Of a DNA stretch of 64,000 nucleotides, positions 12,585-25,845 are shown one piece after another (the stretch's first letter is position 1; each line of letters begins with the position of its first letter). The notes beneath the pieces are model-generated. The model ran no database searches. It was not told the origin of the DNA and worked only from the letters and a program-made list of their open reading frames with translations. Source of the stretch: Tubiluchus corallicola (taxonomy: Eukaryota; Animalia; Priapulida); NCBI GenBank assembly GCA_030141605.1, contig JAQGDQ010001041.1:4241-68240 (forward strand), given 5' to 3'. A program made the translations under genes and the position numbers.

Positions 12585-13262
12585 TGCTATGTGTTGATGA
12601 TAGTCAATGAAGTAATTATTAAGAGACAATACGACTCAATTCACTTCTATTTTATTATCTATCAACAGCAAGCATGTTGGAGATGATGACAGTGCTATGC
12701 GTTGATGATAGTCAATGAAGTAATTATTAAGAAACAATATGACTCAATTCACTTCTATTTTATTATCCATCAACAGCAAGTATGTTGGAGATGATGACAG
12801 TGCTATGCGTTGATGATAGTTAATGAAGTAATTATTAAGAGACAATATGCTCAATTCACTGCTATTTTATTACTTACAAGCAGCAAGCATGTTGGAGATG
12901 ATGACAGTGCTATGTGTTGATGATAGTCAATGAAGTAATTATTAAGAGATAATTTGGCTCATTTCACTTCTATTTTATTAACTATCAGCAGCAAGCATGC
13001 TGGAAATGATGATAGTGCTATGTGTTGATGATAGTCAATGAAGTAATTATTAAGAGATAATTTGGCTCAACTATTAAAAGAGATGACTCAATTCACTTCT
13101 ATTTTATTACCTATCAGCAGCAAGCATGTTGGAGATGATGATAGTGCTATGTGTTGGTGATAGTCAATGAAGTAATTATTAACTATCAACGAGCAAGCAT
13201 GTTGGAGATGATGACGGTGCTATGTGCTGATAATAGTCAATGAAGTAATTATTAAAAGAGAT
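12585..13262. repeat. About 107-bp tandem repeat, about 6 copies
   Basis: TGCTATGTGTTGATGATAGTCAATGAAGTAATTATTAAG...GCAAGCATGTTGGAGATGATGA units. Confidence 0.93.
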
Positions 13263-13938
13263 AATTAATATAGCATCCAGGGACTAACGAATGCAAGGGA
13301 ATAGACACGACTGCAGCTCTGCAAACACATTATCACTCCATATGCAGTTATTACACGCCAATAAATTATACATTTGGGGTCATTTCATGCAATTAGCTTG
13401 CTATAATGTGTTGAGTGATGCACTTGGTGCAAATATATAATGGCTGGTAACACGATCATATGATAGCAGAAAGGAGTTTTCCTGGCTTTCTAAATTTCAA
13501 AGTCTGCTGTAATTTATACGCTTGTTTTCCAGCAAAACCGTCAAAACATAACAACAGTAACAGAAAATTTTGAAATGTTGTACACTCATGTTTTAAGTTT
13601 CAACACTAGTGCTTTAGTAATCTAAATACGCCTGCCAAGGTAATTGAAGTTACTGACCCCCAAGGTAAATTTGAAAACCACTACAAACATTTCTAGGTTT
13701 GGCAGAGCATGTTTGTAAACACTACTGTCGAATTTTTTGTGTCAAGAGAAAAACAATTTTTACATAATATCCCAAAACACACAGGTTTAACATCAAATCA
13801 CTATAATGTGTAAATTGAAATATTTTAAAATTAAAAAAAATCAGAGGTAAGTCACAACAGTAATCTAGGACACATTTAAACAAGAGTTTTCATAAATCAC
13901 AATAAGCATTCTTAGTGCAATTTAATTTAGTTTTCTTA

Positions 13939-14863
13939 TGAAGCTTTCAGACTGGTGAGTTTTCTTGTCAAGTAACTCGACTAGAGAGCAAAACCTGATG
14001 CGAGGTATTCTACGATAATAAGTACGAGTTGACACTCTATTCACTGCGAGAAGTGTCGTGAGTAACTCTCCGAGGTGTTCACACTACTTCTACGATAATA
14101 AGTACGAGTTGACACTCTATTCACTGCGAGAAGTGTCGTGAGTAACTCTCTGAGGCGTTTACACGACTTCTACGATAATAAGTACGAGTTGACACTCTGT
14201 TCACTGCGAGAAGTGTCGTGAGTAACTCTCTGAGGCGTTCACACTACTTCTATGATAATAAGTACGAGTTGACACTCTATTCACTGCGAGAAGTGTCGTG
14301 AGTAACTCTCCGAGGCGTTCACACTACTTCTACAATAATAAGTACGAGATGACACTCTATTCACCGCGAGCAATGTCGTGAGTAACTCTCCGAGGCATTC
14401 ACACTACTTCTACGATAATAAGTACGAGTTGACAGTCTATTCACTGCGAGAAGTGTCGTGAGTAACTCTCCAAGGCGTTCACACTACTTTTACGATAATA
14501 AGTACGAGTTGACACTCTATTCACTGCGAGCAATGTCGTGAGTAACTCTCCGAGGCGTTCACACTACTTCTACGATAATAAGTACGAGCTGACACTCTAT
14601 TCACTGCGAGAAGTGTCGTGAGTAACTCTCCGAGGCTTTCACACTACTTCTACGATAATAAGTACGAGTTGACACTCTATTCACTGCGAGAAGTGTCGTG
14701 AGTATCTCTCCGAGGTGTTCACACTAGACAGTAATTCGCAGGAAATCAATTCACAGCAACTGTTGAAAAGTTTGTAAAAACTTTCAGGCAGTAACTCACA
14801 AAGCAGTTAGTACTTCAGAGAGAGAAAACTCGCGACAGAAAACTTGCTAATCTGAACACGTCG
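13939..14863. mobile_element. PIF/Harbinger-like MITE carrying an internal 80-bp satellite
   Basis: TTA on both sides at symmetric positions; imperfect TIRs TTCAGACTGGTGAGTTTTCTTGTC vs GACAGAAAACTTGCTAATCTGAA. Confidence 0.55.
14008..14726. repeat. 80-bp minisatellite, 9 copies
   Basis: TACGATAATA (or 1-nt variants) recurs at 14011, 14091 ... 14651. Confidence 0.97.
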
Positions 14864-15954
14864 TTAGTGTGAACCGTACTGCATCATTAAATAAATTACA
14901 TGAAGAATGTTAACAGTGATTCATGGCAACTCTTTGTCTAAATGTTTTTTAAAACCATCATTGTTACATATCCCTCTCTTTCTTAGTTCACCATCTTTTA
15001 AATTATATGTTATAGTGTTCAAAGATGAAAACTAGTGAGTTTTTGAAAAGTTATCATTTATAATACAATCTTTTATTAATAATATTGTGGAATTTTATGT
15101 ACAAATGTTTGGTACACTTTATGCTTATCGAAAATATAAAGAACAAATAATGTGACATCTCACTTTATGTATTGTTTAATGTGATATGAAACTGGTCATA
15201 GATAGTGCAAAAAATTGATTTTTCAAAATGACAAAGAGTTGTGTGATTGGTTAACAACACTGGTGATAAACCAACTTCTAAACAGCTTCCGATTTGGAAA
15301 CTATATGAATTCCTTGATATCAACAACATATTTTGTAATAACATGTTAATGAAGCCAGAATTTGATGGCATTTTCTAGGTTTCTTAGATGAAATAGATGA
15401 GTTTTCTTAGATGAGATTAGAACTCTGCTTGCTCTAATAATAAACTACCTAACGTTTGCCGTGTCACTTCAAATGAATAATGCCAAACAGCTACTGATAT
15501 TAGACAAAATAACCTCACACATCTAACCTAAAGAAACGCCATGAAATAGCATCATCAGTTTTACGTGAGAACTGCAAATACTTTGTTATTTGCAAGGATT
15601 CGCTAAGTTGTAATTGCCCAGCAAACTCAGAGCAGACTGCAACGGTGTGTGTGGGCGAAAAGACACTAAAATTTCAAGACGCAATAATTTGAAAAGCAGC
15701 ATGATGTCCTAATTTCCTTTGCAGTTAATTAATACTACACTCTTAAAGTTAAAAATATAAAAAGCATGTGCAGCCCACCCAAACTAGACATTTTCTTCTG
15801 CCACCAAAATACACATCATATAAAAGTAACAATGTATTTTATTGATCTTGAAATATTTATATGAGATGATAGTAAGTGAATTGATCTATTTCAACATATC
15901 TTCCTTTAAATGCCCGCACATCTGATCCACCAACAAATTTTAAAATTTGATTAC

Positions 15955-16520
15955 TTAAACGAAAACCGGATGATTGTTTGTGCTCAATTTCATTTTAGTT
16001 TTCTATCCAAAATATATGCTAGTATATAAAGAAGTTAAAAAACCTTTTATATAAGTTAGCACTTGTTTCCTATACTTGAATAATTAGCCTAGAAAGTTAA
16101 TTAACGGCAATTGAACAAGGCAATTGCTTATGTCATAAACTAACCACAGTTTGTGCAATGGCAGGCATCTTCCCTTGTGCATCAAGCACATTTGCATGTT
16201 GGTGTTACTGTTTAAAGGTGTGATGTCACAAAAATGGGCTCAATGTCATATGAGTCAGAAATTAACACTCCAGTTCATGATCATGGTTATACCGCCTTAT
16301 ATTTGTTGGCCACGCGAATGTGACAAAAAAGTGCCGTTGCCAATCTTAGTGGATTCGCTGAGTGGCGCGTAGCTTTGAAAGTTGAACGAAATTTGAGTAT
16401 CCAAGGTAATTATTATTTAATCTAAGCTTTGATTTGAAAAAAGGCTTTTGTAGTTTTCAAAATTTTAGAGCATTCCTTATTCTGAACTAATGATTACATA
16501 ATCATCCGGTTTTCTTTTAA
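15955..16520 (-). mobile_element. Kolobok/T2-like MITE, family A copy 2 (ncs-2 intron)
   Basis: TTAA|ACGAAAACCGGATGAT ... ATCATCCGGTTTTCTT|TTAA. Homology to copy 1 is also visible in the shared spurious translations (CNGRHLPL...KLTLQFM). Confidence 0.85.
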
Positions 16521-16599
16521 CTGCATACAAAAGGGTATGTCTATTATTTTACTTTTTGTGTTCATCATCATCATCAGCATCGCTATAATTGTTAATGTT

Positions 16600-16616
16600 A
16601 ATACTATTATTATTAC

Positions 16617-16659
<43 letters not shown>

Positions 16660-16660
16660 A
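16600..16660. repeat. (ATT)n/(GTT)n microsatellite
   Basis: Direct reading. Confidence 0.95.
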
Positions 16661-16711
16661 TCAATATTATTATATAAACAAGGGAGATCATAGAAAACCT
16701 ATCATACTTAC

Positions 16712-16828
16712 ATAAAATCCCCTATGCCATTCTTTTATCTGTTCCTCGTTAAAATTTGTGTTTGTCTTTAAAAAGTCTAAATCATCTTGAGCCAACTTGG
16801 GTTTCTTCTTTCTAAACACGTTGCCCAT
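16712..16828 (-). CDS. ncs-2: Neuronal calcium sensor 2-like protein, coding exon 1 ([39 protein letters not shown])
   Basis: Hand translation. ATG at 16828 with an in-frame TAG just upstream, acceptor AG at 16840-16839 after a pyrimidine tract, donor GTAAGT at 16711. 117 nt, phase 0, joins in frame to QDCPNG. Closely resembles the N-terminus of nematode NCS-2 as I recall it. Confidence 0.95.
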
Positions 16829-18144
16829 CTTCAGCTACCTGTATCAAAAACCAAAGAGAAAATTTTAATATCAATTAGTTTTTAATGCCAGTTAAGTCAC
16901 GAAACTATTCAGAGAACTGGATAGGAGACCTAGTGCCTGTAAATTACATTAGAGTGGTTACATCAGTAAGCCTTTTCACAGTTTCACTGTGCTCACGCAC
17001 TGTTGCTGTAGGTCAAAGGTTAAGTGGACTACATCATTGCGTCTTAACTACAATCGACACGTGAGGTGTGGGTAAAGCAAAGCCGTCTACCGCATCAGTT
17101 CAGTAACTCCAGTTGTTTTACGTTGACGTTACTTAGTTATGCATTAATCTGTGTACAGAGTGATTTACTAAGCAGGATCTCGTATGGGAATAAGAAAAAA
17201 TGAATTAGGCAAGGTTTTAGCTACCTGATAAAACTGTCAAACTGATTTTCATTTAGGTGATGCATATTTGAAAGTACACAAACCAGATACATAAGATAAA
17301 ACTGTAAACTGTTTTCCAATCTCTCTACTCTGCATTTAGGTAAAACAGAGAAATTCAAGAGCAGTTGTATCTCATACCTTTTTTTAACTTTCAAACATAG
17401 TTTTAAACTCGTTTTTACTTAGGTTGCGTATAATGTGTCATAATACTTGTCTCTATCAGTCTACTTTGCTTAGTCTTTTAATTCACAGAATATTTTCTAG
17501 TTTTGCTCTCGTATAAATCACCTCTCGGTTGTAATAATAAACAAACGTATACATAAGATCAAAATGAGATCATCAAAAAGCAGGCATCGTTAAACTATTT
17601 ATTGACAGAAACAGTGACAAATGTGTGTCTGTTAACCCGCGACTCTGACAAAGTTCTTCTAATGAAAGAACACATGCCATACACTGAGCAACTCAGCGTC
17701 AGTGCAGGCAAACACCAGCGTTCTGTTCAACAACCTAAAATGAGGCGGGCAAATATGTAATCAGGCAATTTCAAAGGCAACTTTAAACGGAAGAATATTT
17801 CAATTGAAATAATGAACTTTGTCAAGAATCAATAGCTTGTTCCGCTTTGTGGTAGAAGTCAGAAGCCGGCGTAGTTGATATCGAGTGATGGAAATTTATG
17901 AGTCGTGCAGGCAACCACCCACAGGAATTATTTCATTTCTTACATTATTTTTAGCATGGGTTTCACCATGTATCAAAATCGTCACAAATTGTTATTCAGA
18001 AAGTCTATGAAATTTTGTTTATTTTCTTTCAAGAGAAAAAGCTCTTTGGAAAAACTCCTTTAACAACAGGTACTTGGATTAGAACTGGCGAACTTGAATC
18101 AAAGCAAATGTTTTGCTAAACTCAATAAATAATGTGATTGAAAC

Positions 18145-18729
18145 TTAAAGCAAAGCCGGAACACAATCTTAAATTGTATGTCCAAACAATCTACTCTTTA
18201 AAATATTGAAAGAACCATACAGTTTTTTTTCAAAAATGACTTATGTGAAAGAATTATTACCACACAAACGCAATTTCACGTTCGCCCCACTAGTTCTTCG
18301 CACTAGCGCCTGCATTTCGGAAACGCGTTGCACAAAAGCAAGTGCTGTATGTATCAGTTCAGAGGTGTTCGTTTGTGACGTACAGCACATGTCCGACAGC
18401 GCATGAAATTTGAATTTTTATCTTAACGCTTGCCGAGTTTTAGTAAAACACATTCAACCTCTTGCCGTAGCACTGTACTTCAATTTTTGCTTTTGCGAAC
18501 GCGTGCAACACGTTCGTAGAATATTTTTGCTGTTGAAAATTATGTTCATACATGATGTCATCATTAAGATTTTATGATGTCATCATCCGCCGTTAATTAA
18601 GTTTTTAATCTTTAATCTATTATTTAATTATTAGAAATGCTTTTGCAGTATTAATTGCGTTAAAATGGATACCTTTTATCGGTCTTGAAAATGGGGTAGT
18701 ATGTGAAAAATCATCCTGTCTTCCTTTAA
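18145..18729 (+). mobile_element. Kolobok/T2-like MITE, family B copy 1
   Basis: TTAA|AGCAAAGCCGGA ... TCCTGTCTTCCT|TTAA. Body shared with the copies at 19852, 28750 and 40268. Confidence 0.85.
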
Positions 18730-19667
18730 ACCAAAAGTTTCGACATACAGTGCACACAATGACACCATTTTTCACGTACTTTAAAAATTAATATACACGA
18801 CCCATATTGTTCTTTAAACAAGAGAAAACTTGTCTGTCCAAAAGATGATAGCGGATGTTTTACCGTACTTGAAAATATATGAAAAATTACCCTGTCTTAC
18901 TTTAAAGCTTTTCCTCAGCTGTGACAATACAGCTTTTATTTCGCGTTTGAATTATGAACAAAACATAATCTTGGAACTGAGCCATCTGGTGGACAAAATA
19001 TCAATTACAGCAAAAAATTGCTTTTGCAAAAATGTCGACAATAGAACGTCTATGGCAATAATACAACAAAGAGAACAACATTAGACGCAACAAACTGTCC
19101 CTTATAAATACAAAATCGATCAGCTACGTCTTATCAAGCTGCAGAAATATGAAAACAGCACATCATTTCACAAAATGTCTGCAAAAATCCACAAAATTGA
19201 GCCCCAAAATTTCATAAATGCGCTTAAAATAATGGGGAAACAAATAGGATAGTGCAGAGCAGGGAAATGTTTATGATACTTGTGGGAAATCATGTCGTCA
19301 AATTACCTTACAGGAATAAGCTGTAATGGCTCGCAAAATGCATGAAAACTAGGCAAATGATAAATTTAGGAACTAAATATTAGAGCAAATGACATTATCA
19401 TGTAAAAGCCAACATTCGCTCATACAGCACTCATTCATAACAGACATAAATCTCTTTACAAACGTATTAACAATGTACAGTGTGTACAGTTTGTCACAAA
19501 AATGACTGATATTTTAATGTCTAAAACCCTGAAAACTCTGAAGGGAAGAAATTTACAAGAATGCAGCGAATAACTGCTGCTAATTTCAAAGATCTTGAAG
19601 TCGTAGTTTTTATCACAATGGTAAAATTAAACATGCACATCAGTTATGAACAATGTTCAGTTATGAA

Positions 19668-19786
19668 CAGTGCCGGATTAAGGGGGGGGGGGGGCAAGGG
19701 ACCCAGGCCCTGGGCCACCCATCAAGAGGGTGCCTTCCTTCCAAGCAGGGGGCCACAGGCCTCCCGCATGCTTAATCCAGCCCCTA
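19668..19786. mobile_element. Short GC-rich hAT-like MITE
   Basis: CAGTGCCGGATTAAG ... CTTAATCCAGCCCCT inverted termini. Confidence 0.6.
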
Positions 19787-19851
19787 CATCAGTAGCCATA
19801 ATTTAGATTGCCTGAGAAGTATCACAGTCGTTAGTTGCCAGACAGTCTAAG

Positions 19852-20427
19852 TTAAAGGAAAACAGGATCCTATCCTCTAATACACTGAAAGGAAACATGC
19901 TATTTTTTCAAGAATGATTGACGTGAAAGAATTATTACCACAGAAACGTAATTTATCGCCGTTAATTCTTCGATGTTACATGTACTTCACCATTCGCTAG
20001 TTAGATGGGCACTAGTGCCTGCATTTCGGAAATGCATTGCACAAAAAAACAGGTGCTTTTCCTCTCAGTTGAGAGGTGTTCGCTTGTGATGTAGTGCACA
20101 AGTTCGGGAGCTCATGCATGAGCACAGTGTTAACTTGAAGTTTGCCGAGTTTTTATATACCACACTGCATGTTGTACAGTAGCACTGTACTTCAATTTTC
20201 GCTTTCTCAAACACGTGTAACACGCCCGTGGAAAGTTTGTGCTGTTAAAAATTATGTTGGTTTGTGATGTCATCACTAATTCGGTCTTCCGTCATTAATT
20301 ACATTTTCTACCAATTATTTAATTTTCAGAAACGCTTTGGCATTATTATTGGTGTTGTGACATGCATACTTTTTACCGTACACTTCAAAATGGAGTAGGG
20401 TACGAAAAATCATAGTGCTTTGCTTAA
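19852..20427 (+). mobile_element. Kolobok/T2-like MITE, family B copy 2
   Basis: TTAA|AGGAAAACAGGA start; shared blocks GCACTAGYGCCTGCATTTCGGAAA and GTAGCACTGTACTTCAATTTT. Confidence 0.8.
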
Positions 20428-21446
20428 GTTTCTGTTATAATTTTTACAAGGTCAATCTCTAAACGTAAGAAACCAAGAAGTAGGATTTTTTAAATATGAA
20501 AGTTTGGAAAACCTTCGTGTGTTGTTTTTGTTATTATCAAAAACTCATATTTTCCTGTTCTACACGTTTATGTACTTGAAATGTAAGTAAGTAAGTAAAT
20601 TAGTTTATCACCATTTTTAAAATAGCAAAATACATAACTAAGTGATTTATAAATCTGTACAACATACAATAATATTACAAAGTGCAAAAGTGATTATTGA
20701 TTAGTGGTGAAAGGGAGGCGAAAGAACCAGGAGTTATCGAGGTTAGCCACCCTCTCAGAATTATTACTAATATAATTAATTAATGCGCATGTACCAAGTA
20801 ATTAAAAATGATTAGATTTGGCATTCAAGACGATTGAAAATTAAATTATTATACAAATGCGTTAGTTTCTAAATAAAATCATCTTCAATATTGGGAAAGA
20901 AGAGACAAACGTGACTATCTTTAAATAAGAAGTTAATATTTACGTATTTAAAATTAATATTATGATTAGGATCATAATAATGCATTAGAAGCCTAGAAGA
21001 TGACTAGCTCTGTTTTGCTGTAATGAATCATGGCTCTCAACGAACTTATTAACACTGACTCTGTGCCTTGCTACTTATATTACAAGAGCAGGCTTTTACT
21101 ACATACAATAACGCCTAATGAGTATTTACGATAATTGCCCTGGTGCAGTTCGTGTAATATTTTACAATATATGCATGCAGAGAACGTATAAAATATGCAA
21201 AGGCAACTGGAAAATTACACATAGAAATAACAGCTTAATGATAGCAAAGAATTATAATCAGTTGCTTCAGTTTTGAAAATTACACTATTGTTGTTGTTGT
21301 TGTTTTTGGTAACCAAACATTACAGCTTAATTTACAGTCCTACAAATCACGTTGATTCTGGTAGCAGGATGATCTAGATAGGAGACGTTGTCTTCTAAGA
21401 TAAAATAATGAATCCGGAGAAGTGTCTTCGGACATGTTTCAATGTA

Positions 21447-22190
21447 TAGTGGTAAGTACAGTTAGTGAAACGTTAAGGATGCGGATCAGCAAGTAAGCTT
21501 ATGCAGCACTGGACTTGATTAATTATTTTATGACTTATTTGATGACTTATTTCAATTGAATTATTTCGACTTGGTGTTGCGTTGGCGGCCATTTTGAATG
21601 GCCTTGATCTTGAATAACCTTAGAACACTACTTCTTTGACAGACAATATGCACTTTTACGTCAGCTGGTACTATACTTATGCCATCTTAAATGCCACCTA
21701 GTTGACTTATTCTGGTTGAGTTATTTTGACTTTAGTGTTGCATTGTCGGCCATTTTGAATGACCTTGATCTTGAACAACCTTAGAACCCTATTTCTCTGA
21801 CAGGCAATATGCACTTTTATGTCAGCTGGTAGTATACTTATGCCATCATAAATGCCACCTAGTTGACTTATTTTAATTGAAATATTTCGACATTAGTGTT
21901 GCATTGTCTGCCATTTTGAATGACCTTGGAACACTATTTCTCTGACAGGCAATATGCACTTTTATGTCAGTTGGTAGTACACGTATGCCATCTTAAATGC
22001 CACCAGTTGAGTTATTTTGACTTTAAAGTGGAGTTTGTGGCCGTTTGAATATAAGTCCCATAACTTTTCCCCCAAAGTGGATTTATGGGGATTTTTAATG
22101 TATTATTCAGAACAGGTGTGGATGTCTGTGCAAAAATTCAGCCATTCACTATTTTTGTCCGAGTGATACCTTATTTCGACCGGACCATTA
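21447..22190. mobile_element. Academ-like DNA transposon end with about 120-bp internal subrepeats
   Basis: Right end reads TAATGGTCCGGTCGAAATAAGGTATCACTCGGACAAAAATAGTG on the minus strand, resembling Academ termini from memory. 3-4 subrepeats with GGCCATTTTGAATGACCTTG at 21540-22020. Confidence 0.45.
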
Positions 22191-22850
22191 GCCCATAACT
22201 TGCCTAACCTTTCCTTGTAAAGGACACACACACACAGTAGAAAAGTCGATACTGGGGCAAATAAACAGAACTAAAAGATACACGAACAATCTCCAAGTTT
22301 TTTGACTCGCAATGCAAAATTTTCATGAAAAGTGCTTCAACTGCGTACGCCCAGCCTTGGATTGACCCCTAGAGACGCACCAACTATTAACTCTTGCAAC
22401 AGATTAACGCGAAAGATGTTGAACACCAATGACCACCTTCACAGGAATGGTCACTAATAACCACCCATCTGGGATAGACCATTATGCCAGAATGGTGGTC
22501 ATCTAGAGCACAACAAAAGACCTTAATTGAGATAGATTGTAACAGTATGCTGGCAATAGCAAATCAAGTTGGCTTCATAGCACAGCTGCGGCAATAATGT
22601 TGGCTTCAGAAGTAGTCTCAGAAGCCCACACGAATTAGAGCTTCATATAGACGGACAACATAGACACATCAATTGACCAAGCCGTTACTGCCTTAATAAT
22701 TTCACTAGGGAATTGAGACCGTTCACAGTATCGTCCAGTGCATGCAGGCTGGTACTGTTAAACTTGTATAATGTAATTAGTTAACGACAGAGAAGCCAGG
22801 AACAATTTTTAGATTTTATATGAGATCATTAGTTGTTTATCAACTGGGAC

Positions 22851-23054
22851 GAGACGGTATGGTATAATAGTAGCTTTCCGCCTGGGAGGTCGTGAGTTCG
22901 CGGCCGGGTCATACCAAAGACTTTCGCGTGGTATTTAGGGTGAAAGTGGGGTAACAATAGTCACTGCTATGTAGTTGTAGGGTTGTTATTTATAATCGGG
23001 AAGAACATCTATGAACTTGTGCGAATTGTTAATCCAAAGACCGACTTTAAATAA
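22851..23054 (+). mobile_element. tRNA-derived SINE, MetaSINE-like, followed by a microsatellite tail
   Basis: Degenerate A/B boxes (TGGTATAATAG, GAGTTCG) followed by GGCCGGGTCATACCAAAGACTTT, which I recognise as the start of the Meta domain. Confidence 0.6.
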
Positions 23055-23302
<248 letters not shown>

Positions 23303-24232
23303 CAAGTATTGCTGTCGATGGTATTCTTGTTCCTGTACAATTATCTTTGAAAACTTTCAGAGGCCAAAATTTTCATCGTAAATTTTGAAATTTTGCTTAA
23401 ACATACCATACGGGTCTGGTACAGACCGTAACAGACCAGTCTTTCATCTTTCCAATATGACCCTCAAATATGCCTATTAAATGCACCGTTAAATGCCTAT
23501 TAAATGAATCCGCCGTACACACTATTAGATAGATATGGTTTCTTTCATTCTCATGCAGGTTTATGCTTATGGATCTGCCCCATTTCGAACACCATTTACC
23601 ATTATCATGAATCCATCTCTTCTTCAAATTTAGAATATACACTGTTTGTCCCGTAATGAGTAAATAACAGTACTTTACAGCTTTCAAAAGACTCGCGGAA
23701 ACGTATAAAGTGGAGACGTACTGCAAGATTTAAGTCACGTGTACTAGATCCAAGGACGTTAGTGCTTCTATGCTATTTGTAACACAAGAAACTAGCTGCT
23801 GTCTGATACGGGAAAAAGCCACGATGGCATACGACTAGAAAATGATCTAATGACAAAGACCTCAGTAGTTACAATCGGATACGAATGTCAACTTTCCAAT
23901 CTCTGACTTGACTTCAACTGTGTCACCAACATTGGGTCGACTATTCATGAGGGTAAAGGAGTAATAAGGAACGTCGCTCTGCAAACTTTCTTGCAAACTT
24001 CTTGCACCTTAAATGCCAGAAACTATTACACTAACTGAGCAAGACTAGAAGAAAAGTTGTGTTACTTCAAACGACCTCTACTGTTCTGGCAAGTACATTG
24101 AAAAACATTCACACAAACAATTCAATCTACCCAGATGGTGCCTGTATGTAACCCCTGCATCTGATACGTGTAAGGTAACAAATCTCATCGTTTTTACTCA
24201 GCAGTAGAGATCATACTCGCGAAATACATGGA

Positions 24233-24241
24233 GTGAGAGGA

Positions 24242-24337
<96 letters not shown>

Positions 24338-24360
24338 TGAGAGAGAGAGAGAAAGAGAGG
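24233..24360. repeat. (GA)n microsatellite
   Basis: Direct reading. Confidence 0.97.
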
Positions 24361-24950
24361 AGAACAGGGAAAGAGTGGGAGAGAGAAAAAGATGGGAAAG
24401 GAGAAAGGATGAGGAGGGATAAGGAAGAAAAGAAGTGGAGAGGCAAACAGAAAAAAACCGAAGGCTTTATCTTACTAAAATAGCAGATTTGCAACTAAAA
24501 ACGCAACCGCGATTTTTCTATTGAAAATATTTCTGGGAAATACTTCTTCCGTGAAACGACCTAAACCCACCCAAACCTAATCAGCAGGTACTGACAGAGT
24601 TGAATTAAATGCACTCACCTGTGATTATGCGTAGGCCTATTTGGTCCAGAGTTGCTTACATACAGACGTCACTTAACCATTAGTGACTGCAATAAAACCA
24701 AACGACAATCAATAACATGTGAACGGTGAAACAGTACCGGCTACACCATGCTGCAATTATTATTCACATATTATTATTAATAACTTCCACGTAGATTGTA
24801 GAAAAATAATGCATAATGAAGATGATAGTACTGCAACAACGGTTTCTGTTTCATGATAGCACAAAACAGAAGAACAAATTAACAAACATGCACAGGTTGT
24901 AAAATTCTTCTACAGGTTAAACAATCTAAAACACCGTGGTATCAGTAACA

Positions 24951-25225
24951 AATAAACAATGTCTCACTAGATGTCATGCAGCGAGACATCAGTAAGAAAT
25001 AAATAATGTCTCATCACATGTTCTGCAGCGAGATATCAGAAAGAATTGAACGATGTCGCATCACTTGCTGTGCAGTGAGATGTCAGTAATGACTAAACGA
25101 TGTCTCACTACTTGCTGTGCAGGGAGACATCAGCAACAAATAAACGATGTCTCACCACTTGTTGTTCAGCGAGACGTCATTAAGAATTGAAAGATGTCTC
25201 ACTACTTACTGTTCAGTGAGGCAAC
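24951..25225. repeat. Diverged 47-bp tandem repeat of hairpin monomers, about 6 copies
   Basis: Consensus GATGTCTCACT-N11-AGYGAGACATC plus a 14-nt A-rich linker. Confidence 0.85.
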
Positions 25226-25845
25226 AATAAAAAACTACTTTTTGTGTAACGAAACGTCAGCAAGTTAACGTTGTCAAGTACTGAATCGGAGTGCAGACTT
25301 GCCACAAAGATAATGGCGAAAAAGGAGGACAGGGGACACAAGAGAATTACTTTACAAATTAGAAGCTATATAGTGTGAGAAAAACCACCTGCGCCCTCTC
25401 TGTCTCTCTCAAACACACAAACACACTAATTAAGGCAAGAATTTGAAAATTCTGAAACACAGATGATGCACCATAATAGCTAGTGTTCCAATGTTTTTCA
25501 TGACTTAGACAAACAGCTCACCATGTTGGTTCCTGCATTTACAGTACGGTCATCTTTTTTGTTTACCCCATAAAGTAAACCATTATCGTACAGTAACTTA
25601 ATCTAGTGCAGTTATTCACATAGTTGTAATCCAGATGCAACCGCTTTATTGTAAAGCAAAGGTCTCTGGTTTTAACATCACTGGATAAACGCATCCCATT
25701 CGACCTTCAAAAACAATACGGCTGCAAGAGCACATTTAGGTCCATAAATGCTCATATAATTCTTAACGACCACAGACAGTGTTGTTTTATGGTCGCCTAG
25801 GCATCTATGATTCAGAGTATAGTGCTGTTTGTAGATCTGCACGAA

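Noticed and set aside
14008-14726. CRISPR-like array (also considered for the 47-, 44- and 40-bp arrays)
   Set aside because: Units are homologous over their full length with no unique spacers; no cas genes; eukaryotic context.
25521-25531. Micro-exon ending in ATG as an alternative ncs-2 start
   Set aside because: Splicing to 16838 puts this ATG out of frame with the NCS ORF, and an in-frame TAG blocks any N-terminal extension.
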